DNA from: Candidatus Sungiibacteriota bacterium
GTDB lineage: Bacteria; Patescibacteriota; Minisyncoccia; Sungbacterales; HO2-52-23
Assembly: GCA_016180435.1 (NCBI GenBank)
Contig: JACPBG010000002.1
Span: 1 to 58,341 of the forward strand
Direction: 5' to 3'
Length of the DNA: 58,341 bases
Of this stretch, positions 17,140-26,502 are shown piece by piece. The first letter of the stretch is position 1; every line of letters starts with the position of its first letter. A program made the translations under genes and the position numbers. The notes under the pieces are model-generated. The model made no database searches, was not told the origin of the DNA, and worked only from the letters and a program-made list of their open reading frames with translations.

Positions 17140-18891
17140 TAGGGGATTTTTTTGTGTTCGGATGAGTTCGATAAATTTCTCCAGAGGCATTTGGCCCGTA
17201 TCTCCTTTGCTGCGTTCTCTGACCGCGATTTTACCCGATTCCATTTCGCGGTTTCCCACCACCAAAATATACGGTATTTTTTGCAATTCCGCCTCGCGTA
17301 TTTTTTTGCCGATGGTTTCGCCGCGGTAATCCGGCGCTATGCGGTAATCGTGTCTGCGTAATTCCTGCGCAATTTTCTCGGCATACGCGCGGACCGAATC
17401 ATTTACGGTTAATACCGTGATTTGTACCGGCGCAAGCCAAAATGGGAATGATCCCGCATAGTGCTCGATTAAAAAGGCGATGAATCTTTCATGTGATCCT
17501 AACGGCGCCCGATGGATTACATAGACCGGTTTTTCTTTCCCGTCTTTATCCGTGTAATTCAGGTTAAACCTTTCGGCAGCCAAAAAGTCCAACTGATTGG
17601 TTGAGGCAGTTTCTTCTCTTCCGATTACGCTTTTGATTTGAAAATCAACCTTTGGCCCGTAAAAAGCCGCTTCTCCCTCGGCTTCGACAAAATTTAAACC
17701 CGATTCTTTCATGGCTTGGCGCAAGAGCTCCACCGATTTTTTCCATCCCGCAGGCATACCGGCATATTTTTTTTCATCTTTCACGGGGAGGGATAGCCGC
17801 ATGTAGAAGTTCCGGATTCCAAAAACTTCTTTATACCAAAATTCGTGGAGTTTCATTACTTTTAAGAATTCTTCCACAACCTGATCTTCCTTGCAGTATA
17901 TATGGGCATCGTTTTGGGTAAAACCCCGCGTTCGGAGAAGTCCGGCGAGTGTTCCAGACAGTTCGTAGCGATATACTGTGCCATACTCTGAATATTTAAT
18001 GGGCAGTTCGCGGTAGCTGTGCGGCTCTGATTTATAAATCATGTGTGTATGCGGGCAGTTCATGGCTTTTAAATAATAATTTCCGTCATCCAGCTTCATC
18101 GGAGGATACATGCTTTCGGCGTAATAAGGAATGTGGCCGGACATGCGGTATAAATCTTCTTTGGCAATATGCGGCGTTACGACACGCTGATAACCCCACT
18201 TGTTCTCTATTTTCTTGGCATATTTTTCAATTTCTTCCCGGAGTACCGTTCCATTCGGAAGCCATAGGGGAAGGCCCGGGCCTATTTCTTTGGCAAACGT
18301 GAAGAGTTTAAGCCGTTCACCTAAAATTCGGTGATCGCGCTTTTCCGCCTCTTCCTGCATTTTGAAATATTCAGCAAGCTCATTTTTGGTTTCAAACGCA
18401 ACTCCGTAAATCCGGGTGAGCATCGGATTTTTTTCCGAGCCGCGCCAATAGGCGCCGGCAATATGGGTCAGGCGAAAAGCATCGGAATTTATTTCCGAGG
18501 TGTTTTTTATATGTCCCCCTCGGCAAAGATCTATAAATTCTTCCCCGGTTTTATACACCGTGAGTTCGCGGCCTTCTTGGGCGTATTCTTTGATGAGCTC
18601 GAGTTTAAACGGCTGATCTCTGAATATTTTTTTGGTTTGGGCTGGAGTTACTGTTTTTCCGGAAAATTCAAGTTTTTGGGCAATCAGTCCGCGTATGGTT
18701 TTTTCGATTTCCGGCAAATCAGCGTCTGTAATCGGTTCGGGCAGTTTAAAATCATAATAAAATCCGTTTTCAATTACGGGCCCGATGCCCAATTTGGCTG
18801 TGGGAAATTTTTTGAGAACAGCCATTGCCAAAAGATGGGCAAGCGAGTGGCGTGCGGATTCAATTTTTGACTCTTGACTTTTATTCATCAA
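17137..18891 (-). CDS. thrS: Threonine--tRNA ligase (short form without TGS domain)
   Basis: SARHSLAHLLA editing-domain start, class II core, anticodon-binding C-terminus, 584 aa. Confidence 0.95.
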   Translation of the reverse strand: MMNKSQESKIESARHSLAHLLAMAVLKKFPTAKLGIGPVIENGFYYDFKLPEPITDADLPEIEKTIRGLIAQKLEFSGKTVTPAQTKKIFRDQPFKLELIKEYAQEGRELTVYKTGEEFIDLCRGGHIKNTSEINSDAFRLTHIAGAYWRGSEKNPMLTRIYGVAFETKNELAEYFKMQEEAEKRDHRILGERLKLFTFAKEIGPGLPLWLPNGTVLREEIEKYAKKIENKWGYQRVVTPHIAKEDLYRMSGHIPYYAESMYPPMKLDDGNYYLKAMNCPHTHMIYKSEPHSYRELPIKYSEYGTVYRYELSGTLAGLLRTRGFTQNDAHIYCKEDQVVEEFLKVMKLHEFWYKEVFGIRNFYMRLSLPVKDEKKYAGMPAGWKKSVELLRQAMKESGLNFVEAEGEAAFYGPKVDFQIKSVIGREETASTNQLDFLAAERFNLNYTDKDGKEKPVYVIHRAPLGSHERFIAFLIEHYAGSFPFWLAPVQITVLTVNDSVRAYAEKIAQELRRHDYRIAPDYRGETIGKKIREAELQKIPYILVVGNREMESGKIAVRERSKGDTGQMPLEKFIELIRTQKNPL

Positions 18892-18943
18892 ATGCTAAAC
18901 TATTATCGGTACTTTAAATCTAAACTTAACGGAGGAAAATACT

Positions 18944-19039
18944 ATGATTCATAGATGGCTGAATAGAAATTGGTTTGAGGTCTCGATGTGGGCGATTTTC
19001 GCGGCTATGGTTTTTGTTGCCGCATCGTCTCTGCTGTGA
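18944..19039 (+). CDS. Possible 31-aa membrane peptide
   Basis: GGAGGA 8 nt upstream of ATG; MIHRWLNRNWFEVSMWAIFAAMVFVAASSLL; plus-strand terminator downstream. Confidence 0.3.
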   Translation: MIHRWLNRNWFEVSMWAIFAAMVFVAASSLL

Positions 19040-19130
19040 ACTTCTTCTAAGTAATGGGGAAAAGTGATTAATTTTTTGTCGTAATCTTCGGAATTATCAT
19101 AATGACGCTTTTGTCAGTTGGTAGCGTTAT

Positions 19131-19167
19131 ATCCGGGTGAGAAGCTCTCACCCGATTTTTTATTTTT
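19131..19167 (+). terminator. Terminator
   Basis: cgggtgaga-agc-tctcacccg plus TTTTTTATTTTT. Confidence 0.65.
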
Positions 19168-19414
19168 GATAATGTTTGGTAATGTGAACAATCTCAGCTT
19201 GCCCTTTGCGGATTCTGAAGATCGCGCGGTATTTTTTGTCGATGCGAAAAGAATAGAGCCCAACGTGTTTGGGCTCAAGCTTCTCGGTATGCAAACTCGG
19301 ATGAAGTGGATTTACGGAAAAAAGCATTAACTGTTTATCAAACTTTTTGTTAAGTTGAAATTTATTGAGCTGCGTGTTGACGCGATCATTAAGGGGTTGT
19401 ATCAGCATATTCAA
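19160..19414 (-). CDS. Type II toxin, RelE/ParE superfamily
   Basis: 84 aa; HPSLHTEKL...YSFRIDKKYRAIFRI...EIVHITKHY pattern typical of RelE/ParE-fold toxins. Confidence 0.7.
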   Translation of the reverse strand: MNMLIQPLNDRVNTQLNKFQLNKKFDKQLMLFSVNPLHPSLHTEKLEPKHVGLYSFRIDKKYRAIFRIRKGQAEIVHITKHYQK

Positions 19415-19637
19415 GTGACTGTTTCAGCTCCCTTAGAAAGATGGAGTTATAAAGTCCGGTTTTTTTCATTTCGGATATGATGCGGGTTGGAGCAAGGTGG
19501 GATGATTCTTCAAGTTCTATGTTGCGTGCCACTAAAAAATGCGCCCAATCGGCAGGGTTTTTAAATCCTTCTCGATGTGCCTGTTTCTGGGCTTTTTTAA
19601 AGTATTTTACGGGTAAATCTATGGTCAGTGTCGGCAT
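19389..19637 (-). CDS. Putative cognate antitoxin
   Basis: 82-aa ORF overlapping the toxin start; internal Met chosen because the longer ORF overlaps the dnaE stop. Confidence 0.55.
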   Translation of the reverse strand: MPTLTIDLPVKYFKKAQKQAHREGFKNPADWAHFLVARNIELEESSHLAPTRIISEMKKTGLYNSIFLRELKQSLEYADTTP

Positions 19638-19659
19638 ATCGATAATAATACCAAATGTA

Positions 19660-22600
19660 TTAAGTAATTTCAACAGCATCTTCGCACAGAATTTTCGGCA
19701 CGCCGTCTTTATCGGAAAGCCGTCCCCGCACCATGAGAATTTTTTCCTCCTGCCATACCTCCGGATTTTTGGCGAGAAGCTTGGGAAAAACCAAAACCTC
19801 GGTGCGTGCGGTTAAGTCCTCCATTTGTACGAATAGCATGGGTTCGCCGTTTTTGGTCAAAACTTTTTGGATGCCATTTACAATTCCTCCGATTGAAATA
19901 ATCTGGTTGCGCAATCGTTTTAAGTCCGTTCCAAGGCCATTTAAGGGCAGGATGTGGTTTTGTTTGAGGCGTTCGGCATATTCCTGGAGAGGATGCTCGG
20001 ATACATAAAGACCCAAAAGATCTTTTTCCCAGGAGAGTTTTACGCGCTTGGTGGCGGGCTCGGCATCTTTTAGTTTCAGGGAAGAGACCTTTATTTCCGG
20101 GATAGAGCTGAAAAGATTGGATTGTCCGCTGGACTGCACGCGCTGTGATTCGTGGTTATACTGCAGCAAGATGTCAAGATTCAAAAGCAACTGGCTGCGT
20201 TCTCCCAGGGCGTCAAACGCCCCGCATTTTATCAGGGATTCAAGCGATTTTTTATTAAGATCACGATGATGGACTCGTTCCAGTAGATTGGTAATGGAAT
20301 TGAATTTTCCCCCGTGTCCCCGTGTTTCAAGGATGGAACGCACCACGTTTTCTCCGACGTTTTTTACGGATTTAAGCCCGAAACGGATTTTTTTCTCCGA
20401 AACCAGGGTGAAGTTTTCAAAACTTTCATTTAAATCCGGCGGTAAAACTTCTATCCCCATGGTGCGCGCTTCGGAAACGAAAAAAGCGATACGCTCCACT
20501 TCAAACCCTTCGGCATCCAGGAGCGCGGTCATGAATTCCGTAGGATAGTGCGCCTTCAGATATCCGGTCTGGTAGGCGATCAAAGCGTAGCAGGCGGCAT
20601 GCGAGCGGTTAAAGCCATAGCGCGCAAAAGGCGGAAAAAGCTCCCAGATGGCATTGGCTGTTTGCGGACTAATTCCGTTTTTTTTCATGCCCGAAAGAAG
20701 TTTTTCGCGCTGTTGGGCGAGCAGGGTTTTTATTTTCTTGCCTATGGCTTTACGCAGGGTGTCGGCTTCCGGCAGGGTAAATCCAGCGAGGTCCCGGGCA
20801 ATTTGCATCATCTGCTCCTGATAAATACCGATGCCGTAAGTATTTCTGAAAACCGGCTCAAGCCGCGGATGCAGGTAAGAAACCCGCTCCAGTCCGTTTT
20901 TGCGGCGGATGTAGGATGGAATAAGTTCGATTGGGCCGGGACGGTAAAGGGCAACCAGCGCGATCAGGTCTTCAAGTTCCGTGGGTTTTAATTCTTTAAG
21001 GTAGCGCTTCATTCCGGATGACTCGAACTGGAAAAGGCCGGTTGTCTCTCCGCGCTGAAACAGGGCAAATGTCCCGGAATCATTAAGCGGTATATTTTCC
21101 GTGTTGACCGAGACGTCTTTTGATTTTTTGATAAGAGACAAAGTATTTTCAATAATTGTCAGGTTGCGAAGTCCCAAAAAATCCATTTTAAGAAGTCCGA
21201 GATCTTCTATGGCGTGCATTTCGTATTGAGTGATTACCTGTCGATTGTCTTCGGTATTTGTTCCGCCTCCGGATTTTCGTTCTCCTTGGCGTACGGCATA
21301 TTGTAAAGGCACGAAATCGGTTAAGGGGCCCGGGGAAATTACAACTCCGCAGGCGTGGGTGGAGGCATGGCGCGCCACTCCCTCCAATTTCATGGACGAG
21401 TCAATAAGCCGTTTGACGTCCGGATCGTTGGCGTAAAGTTCTTTCAGTTCCTGCACCCGCTCCAGACTTTTTTTAAGCCACCCGGCCTTTTCTCCTTGCG
21501 GAGAAAACGGCACGAGTTTGGCCAGCCGGTCACAGAAAGAATATGGCATGCCGAGCGCCCGGCCGGTATCGCGGATCGCCGCGCGCGCGGCCATGGTTCC
21601 GAAGGTTATGATTTGCGCCACATGGTCGTGTCCATATTTTTGCGCTACATAGTTTATGACCTCATCCCGTCTGGTGTCGGCAAAATCAAGATCAATATCC
21701 GGCATGGAAATGCGCTCCGGATTCAGAAAGCGCTCAAAAAGAAGATTATAGTGCAGGGGGTCTATGTTGGTAATTCCCAAAAGATAAGACACTATGGATC
21801 CCGCAGCTGATCCGCGGCCCGGTCCAACTACAATTCCGCGGTTTTTAGCCCAAGCTACGAAATCCTGCACAATCAGAAAATAGCTGGCAAATCCGGTCTG
21901 AACAATGACAGCGAGTTCGTATTCAAGGCGCTCTTTAACTTGGAGTTCCAGCGCTGCATTTTGCGCTATGGCGCCTGCATAGCGCTCCTGGATTTTATTT
22001 CGGCAGAGTTCCCCCAGGTATGAATCCGCCGTATAAGGCGAGGGAACCGCAAAAAGCGGCAGTTTGGATTTGCCGAGTTCAATATCGATTTTTACGCGGG
22101 AGGCAATGTCTTGGGTGGCGGCAATGGCCTCCGGATATTCCGGGAAAAGAGAAGCCATTTCCTCCGCCGATCGAAGTGAAAGATTGGCCTGCTTCATAGT
22201 GAGGCGGTCCTCATCTTCAAAGCGGTTGCCGGTTTGCACCGATACCAAAATGTCCTGGGCTTCCGCATCCTCCGGTTTTACATAATGAATGTCATTGGTT
22301 GCTACCAGCGGCGCCCCGGCCTTCCGGGAAAGTTCAACCAGACCCTCGTTTATGGCGCGCTGATCCGGATAGTTAAAATGAGGCGCAATTTCCAAGTAGA
22401 AATTTTCTTTGCCGAAAATTTCCTGATAATCATGTAAAAGCGTTTCAGCGTGTTCCATTTTTTTATTGCGGATAGCGCGCGGAATCTCCCCCGCAAAACA
22501 TCCGGAGAGCGCAATTAAACCCCGGCTATATTGCCGGAGTACGGATTTGTCCACACGGGGCTTATAATAAAATCCTTTGAGATGCGCTTCACTCGCCAGG

Positions 22601-22908
22601 CGCACGAGGTTATGGTAACCCTCGGAATTTTGGGCAAGAACCGTCAAGTGATAGCGGGTGTCATCCACTCCGGGCGTGCGATCCTGCATATGGCCGCGCG
22701 CAACATACATTTCCGCGCCCAGGATGGGATTTATCCCCGCCTTTTTCGCTTTTTGATAGAATTCAATCGCGCCATAAAGGTTTCCGTGATCGGTAAGCGC
22801 TATAGAGTCCATCTTAAGTTCCGCGGCCCGGGCCACAAGTTCGTCAATTTTAGCGAGTCCGTCAAGCAGGCTGTAGTGGCTATGTACATGTAAATGAGTG
22901 AATTTCAT
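19660..22908 (-). CDS. dnaE: DNA polymerase III alpha subunit
   Basis: PHP domain start MKFTHLHVHSHYSLLDG, 1082 aa. Confidence 0.97.
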   Translation of the reverse strand: MKFTHLHVHSHYSLLDGLAKIDELVARAAELKMDSIALTDHGNLYGAIEFYQKAKKAGINPILGAEMYVARGHMQDRTPGVDDTRYHLTVLAQNSEGYHNLVRLASEAHLKGFYYKPRVDKSVLRQYSRGLIALSGCFAGEIPRAIRNKKMEHAETLLHDYQEIFGKENFYLEIAPHFNYPDQRAINEGLVELSRKAGAPLVATNDIHYVKPEDAEAQDILVSVQTGNRFEDEDRLTMKQANLSLRSAEEMASLFPEYPEAIAATQDIASRVKIDIELGKSKLPLFAVPSPYTADSYLGELCRNKIQERYAGAIAQNAALELQVKERLEYELAVIVQTGFASYFLIVQDFVAWAKNRGIVVGPGRGSAAGSIVSYLLGITNIDPLHYNLLFERFLNPERISMPDIDLDFADTRRDEVINYVAQKYGHDHVAQIITFGTMAARAAIRDTGRALGMPYSFCDRLAKLVPFSPQGEKAGWLKKSLERVQELKELYANDPDVKRLIDSSMKLEGVARHASTHACGVVISPGPLTDFVPLQYAVRQGERKSGGGTNTEDNRQVITQYEMHAIEDLGLLKMDFLGLRNLTIIENTLSLIKKSKDVSVNTENIPLNDSGTFALFQRGETTGLFQFESSGMKRYLKELKPTELEDLIALVALYRPGPIELIPSYIRRKNGLERVSYLHPRLEPVFRNTYGIGIYQEQMMQIARDLAGFTLPEADTLRKAIGKKIKTLLAQQREKLLSGMKKNGISPQTANAIWELFPPFARYGFNRSHAACYALIAYQTGYLKAHYPTEFMTALLDAEGFEVERIAFFVSEARTMGIEVLPPDLNESFENFTLVSEKKIRFGLKSVKNVGENVVRSILETRGHGGKFNSITNLLERVHHRDLNKKSLESLIKCGAFDALGERSQLLLNLDILLQYNHESQRVQSSGQSNLFSSIPEIKVSSLKLKDAEPATKRVKLSWEKDLLGLYVSEHPLQEYAERLKQNHILPLNGLGTDLKRLRNQIISIGGIVNGIQKVLTKNGEPMLFVQMEDLTARTEVLVFPKLLAKNPEVWQEEKILMVRGRLSDKDGVPKILCEDAVEIT

Positions 22909-22911
22909 GGA

Positions 22912-22977
22912 TTTACGAAATACGAATCACTACGAATGTACGAATTTGTATATTCGTAAAAATTCGTATTTCGTAAA
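22912..22977 (-). repeat. 66-nt ACGAAT-repeat hairpin immediately upstream of the dnaE start
   Basis: Reverse complement is 65/66 identical to 27195-27260; outer 16 bp tttacgaaatacgaat/attcgtatttcgtaaa. Confidence 0.9.
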
Positions 22978-23097
22978 GAACGCCTCTATATTCATTATAC
23001 AAATCATTTTTCACTTCAGCAATTTTTTTAAAAACCTCAATAGATTCAAGCCGATTTTGAGATATCCACAGGTATCGACAAAATAAAATTCCCCTAA

Positions 23098-23808
23098 TCA
23101 GGGGATAAATGATTTATCAAATTTTCGCAGGCGATTCTCCATGATGATTTGCCAGTTTTCATCATCATAATACATCAATTTATCTTCCAGATAATTCGTT
23201 TCGTTCATCAGTGATTTTTCGTCCGTATGGCCGGCATAGAAAAGATGGCTAAGTTCATGGGTTAAAACATGTTCGGAGTCTTCATCCCACACGACAATCG
23301 CCGCATTTTTATCCGCATTGGCGTATCCGATATACGGCTCCTCGGTTTCTATTAGGAATTTACTGCCGTCCAGAGTTTCGATTTCGAGTTCTTTGTGAAT
23401 ATACATCGTGCGATGGATAATTCCTATTGTTATATCCGAGGAATTGTTTTTGCCAATATAGGCAATTTCGGAAAGCACTAAATGGGGATTCCATTCATAA
23501 TATAACGATGGGTCGAAAAAGTCATACGTGTCTAAGTACGCCGGAGCATACCAGAGAGCAAATGCGTCAATGGAGAAAGTTATAGAGAAATTTTTTTTAA
23601 AAACATGCGATGCGGTTTCAAAAATTTTACGGATTTTCGATTCAAACTCGCTACGATCTTTCTGTCCGTACATAAGAATTTGATCCAGTAGCACCGTAAC
23701 GCTTACGTTTCGAATTTGTACGGAAGGTTTATCTTCTTGCGGAAGGGCATGGCTGGGCATGGAAAAAAATAGCGCCAGCGCGGCCAAGAGTATATGGAGC
23801 ATACGCAT
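23098..23808 (-). CDS. Secreted HExxH zinc metalloprotease-like protein
   Basis: Signal peptide MRMLHILLAALALFFSMPSHA; HELSHLFYAGH motif. Confidence 0.6.
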   Translation of the reverse strand: MRMLHILLAALALFFSMPSHALPQEDKPSVQIRNVSVTVLLDQILMYGQKDRSEFESKIRKIFETASHVFKKNFSITFSIDAFALWYAPAYLDTYDFFDPSLYYEWNPHLVLSEIAYIGKNNSSDITIGIIHRTMYIHKELEIETLDGSKFLIETEEPYIGYANADKNAAIVVWDEDSEHVLTHELSHLFYAGHTDEKSLMNETNYLEDKLMYYDDENWQIIMENRLRKFDKSFIP

Positions 23809-23988
23809 AGCACATTTCCATATTTTGTAAGAGAAGCTATGCTAAAAGTAACTCCATATAAAATTTTCGTCAACCCCGTTAGAGAGAAACAAAGATTCTC
23901 ATTTATCTTCAAGTATATCTGCGTTTATAAAAACCCTGTATGTATAAATCACCGTGTTTGTTTCTTTTTAACGGGGTCAACAACTAAT

Positions 23989-24705
23989 ATGAATTATATT
24001 ATAGGAATTGATGAAGCGGGACGAGCCGCCCGCAAGCGGGCGAGCTTCGCCCATCACCAATTTATTATTGGTATAGATGAAGCGGGACGAGGGCCTTTGG
24101 CGGGACCGGTAGTTGTTGCGGGAATTAAAATAGAACTTAGAACTAAGAATTTAGAACTTAGAAATATACGGGATTCAAAAAAACTGACGGCGCGGCAGAG
24201 AGAAGAATGGTTTAGAATTTTAACCAATCATCCGAAAATAGAATATGCGGTGGCAAAGATTTATCCTAAGGTAATTGACCGGATAAATATCTCGCAGGCG
24301 GCGAATCTCGGGGTTTTACGGGTATGCCGTAAATTATCAACGAATAACGGTAAAACATCATCGAATAACGAATCTCGTACGAATATACGAATTACGAATT
24401 CCAGTATTCGTAAATTCGTAAAGGATTCGTTATTCGCTGATGCCATATTTTTGGACGGCGGTTTGAAACTTCCCCGGCGCATTTCTCATGAGGTGATTAT
24501 AAAAGGCGATGAAAAAATTCCGGCGATTTCCGCCGCATCTATTATTGCCAAAGTAACGCGGGATCGTTTAATGTTCCGTCTCCACAAAAAATATCCCAAG
24601 TACCGGTTTGATCTGCACAAAGGATACGGAACGAAACTTCATTATGTGCTGATACGGAGATTCGGGCATTCTGTCATCCACCGGAAGTCGTTTCGGCTCT
24701 CTTGA
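23989..24705 (+). CDS. rnhB: Ribonuclease HII with three in-frame insertions
   Basis: IIGIDEAGRGPLAGPVV catalytic N-terminus; C-terminal KGYGT motif; start at MNYIIG. Confidence 0.9.
   Translation: MNYIIGIDEAGRAARKRASFAHHQFIIGIDEAGRGPLAGPVVVAGIKIELRTKNLELRNIRDSKKLTARQREEWFRILTNHPKIEYAVAKIYPKVIDRINISQAANLGVLRVCRKLSTNNGKTSSNNESRTNIRITNSSIRKFVKDSLFADAIFLDGGLKLPRRISHEVIIKGDEKIPAISAASIIAKVTRDRLMFRLHKKYPKYRFDLHKGYGTKLHYVLIRRFGHSVIHRKSFRLS
24025..24063. repeat. GC-rich element (variant core GGGCGAGCTTCGCC) inside rnhB, flanked by 27-bp duplication
   Basis: Flanks 23998-24024 and 24064-24090 differ at 3 of 27 nt. Confidence 0.85.
24131..24165. repeat. TAGAACT heptamer repeats inside rnhB
   Basis: tagaacttagaactaagaatttagaacttagaaat, encodes IELRTKNLELRN. 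Confidence 0.8.
24362..24436. repeat. ACGAAT heptamer hairpin (75 nt) inside rnhB
   Basis: Outer 13 bp perfect: cgaataacgaatc / gattcgttattcg. Length is a multiple of 3; encodes NNESRTNIRITNSSIRKFVKDSLF. Confidence 0.85.
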
Positions 24706-24769
24706 TTTTTTGGCGGCTTTTAGCTATTATCTTAGACAGGTGTTTGCCAATTCAAGAAGGAATATATTT

Positions 24770-25108
24770 ATGAGTTTAAGTAAAAACGCATTGAGGGCTC
24801 TTCAATATATGATGGGCGAGGAGGGATCATTTTTTCTGCGCGACCTTCCCCTTAATTATTATCCGTATAAACCGGAGGTGGAGCGCTGCAAAATAAGCTT
24901 TGATAAGTTCGCATCTGAAAAAGTGTTTCGCGAGCTCAAGCGGCATCAATGTATCGAATGCCGGGTTGAGGGTTCGAGTTGGGAACAGTGGTCTATGACC
25001 CAGATTGGCAGACAGGCATTGAAGGATGCGGGGATGGAAACAAAGCCCGGGGAACTCACTCCTGACGATCTTCATTGGCTTACCGGCACGGGACATTACG
25101 CGCAGTAA
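24770..25108 (+). CDS. Hypothetical protein
   Basis: 112-aa ORF from internal Met with AAGGA upstream. Confidence 0.4.
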   Translation: MSLSKNALRALQYMMGEEGSFFLRDLPLNYYPYKPEVERCKISFDKFASEKVFRELKRHQCIECRVEGSSWEQWSMTQIGRQALKDAGMETKPGELTPDDLHWLTGTGHYAQ

Positions 25109-25276
25109 TTAGTTCAAATTTAAATATACAGAGAATATCTGTATGTTTTTTTAACCGCAGTTTGGACAATTTTTGCATATCGGAAGTGAATTATGAATAT
25201 AATCATGTTCTTGCAATAGCCATTATTGTATCGTATGGTGTATAAGGTTCTGTTGTGTTGATCAGGAGAATTCAGA

Positions 25277-25888
25277 ATGAAGTCCTTTAAAAAAACCATT
25301 TATGTGGCGCTATTCATTTTTTCGGTTTTTGCGTTTTTCGCGGAACAGGCGGCGGCGATAGTTCCCACCGAGCGAATTCGGGAAACTACGGATATAATCC
25401 GCGATATCGTGACTGATTCTAAATTAAAAAGCGGAGCCAAAACCACCGAACGGCGCCAAAAAATTCGCGACGCTCTTGATAAACGGTTTGATTTTGCCGA
25501 GATGGCTAAACGCTCTTTGGGGCATCACTGGAGGCGTTATCCCGACCGGCAAAAGGAATTTACCAAGCTTTTTGTTGAACTTTTGGAACGCACTTACATC
25601 GCTGAAATAGAATCATTTGAGGACGAGATAATTGACTATAAAAAAGAGGTTGTTGAACAGGAATTTGCCGAAGTGGCAACCAGTGTTACGCTTCCCAAAA
25701 CCGGACGTGATTTTTCCGTTGTTTACAAGCTTCATTTGAAGGACGGCGATTGGAAAGTATATGACGTGGTGTTTGAGGGCATAAGCGCCGTGAATAACTA
25801 CCGGTCGCAATTTAACCGTGTTATCACCCAAAAAGGCGGTTTTGAGGAATTAATGAAACGTTTGCGTGAAAAAGGGGAGATGAAATGA
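25277..25888 (+). CDS. MlaC/Ttg2D-like lipid-binding periplasmic protein
   Basis: Signal peptide; RFDFAEMAKRSLGHHW...YKLHLKDGDWKVYDVVFEGISAVNNYRSQF pattern of the toluene-tolerance Ttg2D/MlaC family. Confidence 0.7.
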   Translation: MKSFKKTIYVALFIFSVFAFFAEQAAAIVPTERIRETTDIIRDIVTDSKLKSGAKTTERRQKIRDALDKRFDFAEMAKRSLGHHWRRYPDRQKEFTKLFVELLERTYIAEIESFEDEIIDYKKEVVEQEFAEVATSVTLPKTGRDFSVVYKLHLKDGDWKVYDVVFEGISAVNNYRSQFNRVITQKGGFEELMKRLREKGEMK

Positions 25889-26151
25889 ATTATCAGAAAA
25901 TTGATGCGCCGCTTGCCGTAGTATTACACGGAGCTTCTAATGACGACGAGTTCGATGTTTTTATCCATGTTGCCGAGGATTTCCGAAAAAAGGAAAAGGA
26001 GCGTAAATTTTTGGAAGATTGCGGCGTATGCGTGGAATTAGACGGTCGGCGTATTTTTACGGCGAAACTTTCTCGTGTTTCTATCGACAAGATATCCAGG
26101 CAGTTATGGGTTAGAATGATTTGCGCTTCATCAAAACTTAAATATAAATAA
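25885..26151 (+). CDS. Hypothetical protein
   Basis: 88-aa ORF, ATGA overlap with the preceding gene; terminator follows. Confidence 0.4.
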   Translation: MNYQKIDAPLAVVLHGASNDDEFDVFIHVAEDFRKKEKERKFLEDCGVCVELDGRRIFTAKLSRVSIDKISRQLWVRMICASSKLKYK

Positions 26152-26173
26152 AGGCCGATTAGTCGGCCTTTTT
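26150..26173 (+). terminator. Terminator
   Basis: aggccga-tta-gtcggcct plus TTTT. Confidence 0.8.
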
Positions 26174-26216
26174 ACATTTGCTTGTCAGACTAAGTGATAT
26201 TTAGTATTATTGAATC

Positions 26217-26501
26217 ATGGTAGTTCGAATGAGACATACCAAGGGCAAGCGTAATCGGGTGCGTTCGCATCACGCGTTAAAATCCGTGCATTTTGCGGCA
26301 TGCGGCCACTGTGGCAAGCCGCTTCGCCCCCACATTATGTGCCAAAACTGCGGCTATTATGGAGGCCGACAGGTCGTTGATGTTCTCGCGAAATTGGACA
26401 AAAAAGAGCGCAAAAAACGGGAAAAAGAATTGCATGCGCATGAAGAAAAATCCGCTGAAGAAGGGAAGACGCTGAATGCGGAAGAATTGTCACATCGATA
26501 A
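26217..26501 (+). CDS. rpmF: 50S ribosomal protein L32 with long K/E-rich C-terminal extension
   Basis: RHTKGKRNRVRSHHAL...CGHCGKPLRPHIMCQNCGYY. Confidence 0.9.
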   Translation: MVVRMRHTKGKRNRVRSHHALKSVHFAACGHCGKPLRPHIMCQNCGYYGGRQVVDVLAKLDKKERKKREKELHAHEEKSAEEGKTLNAEELSHR

Positions 26502-26502
26502 A

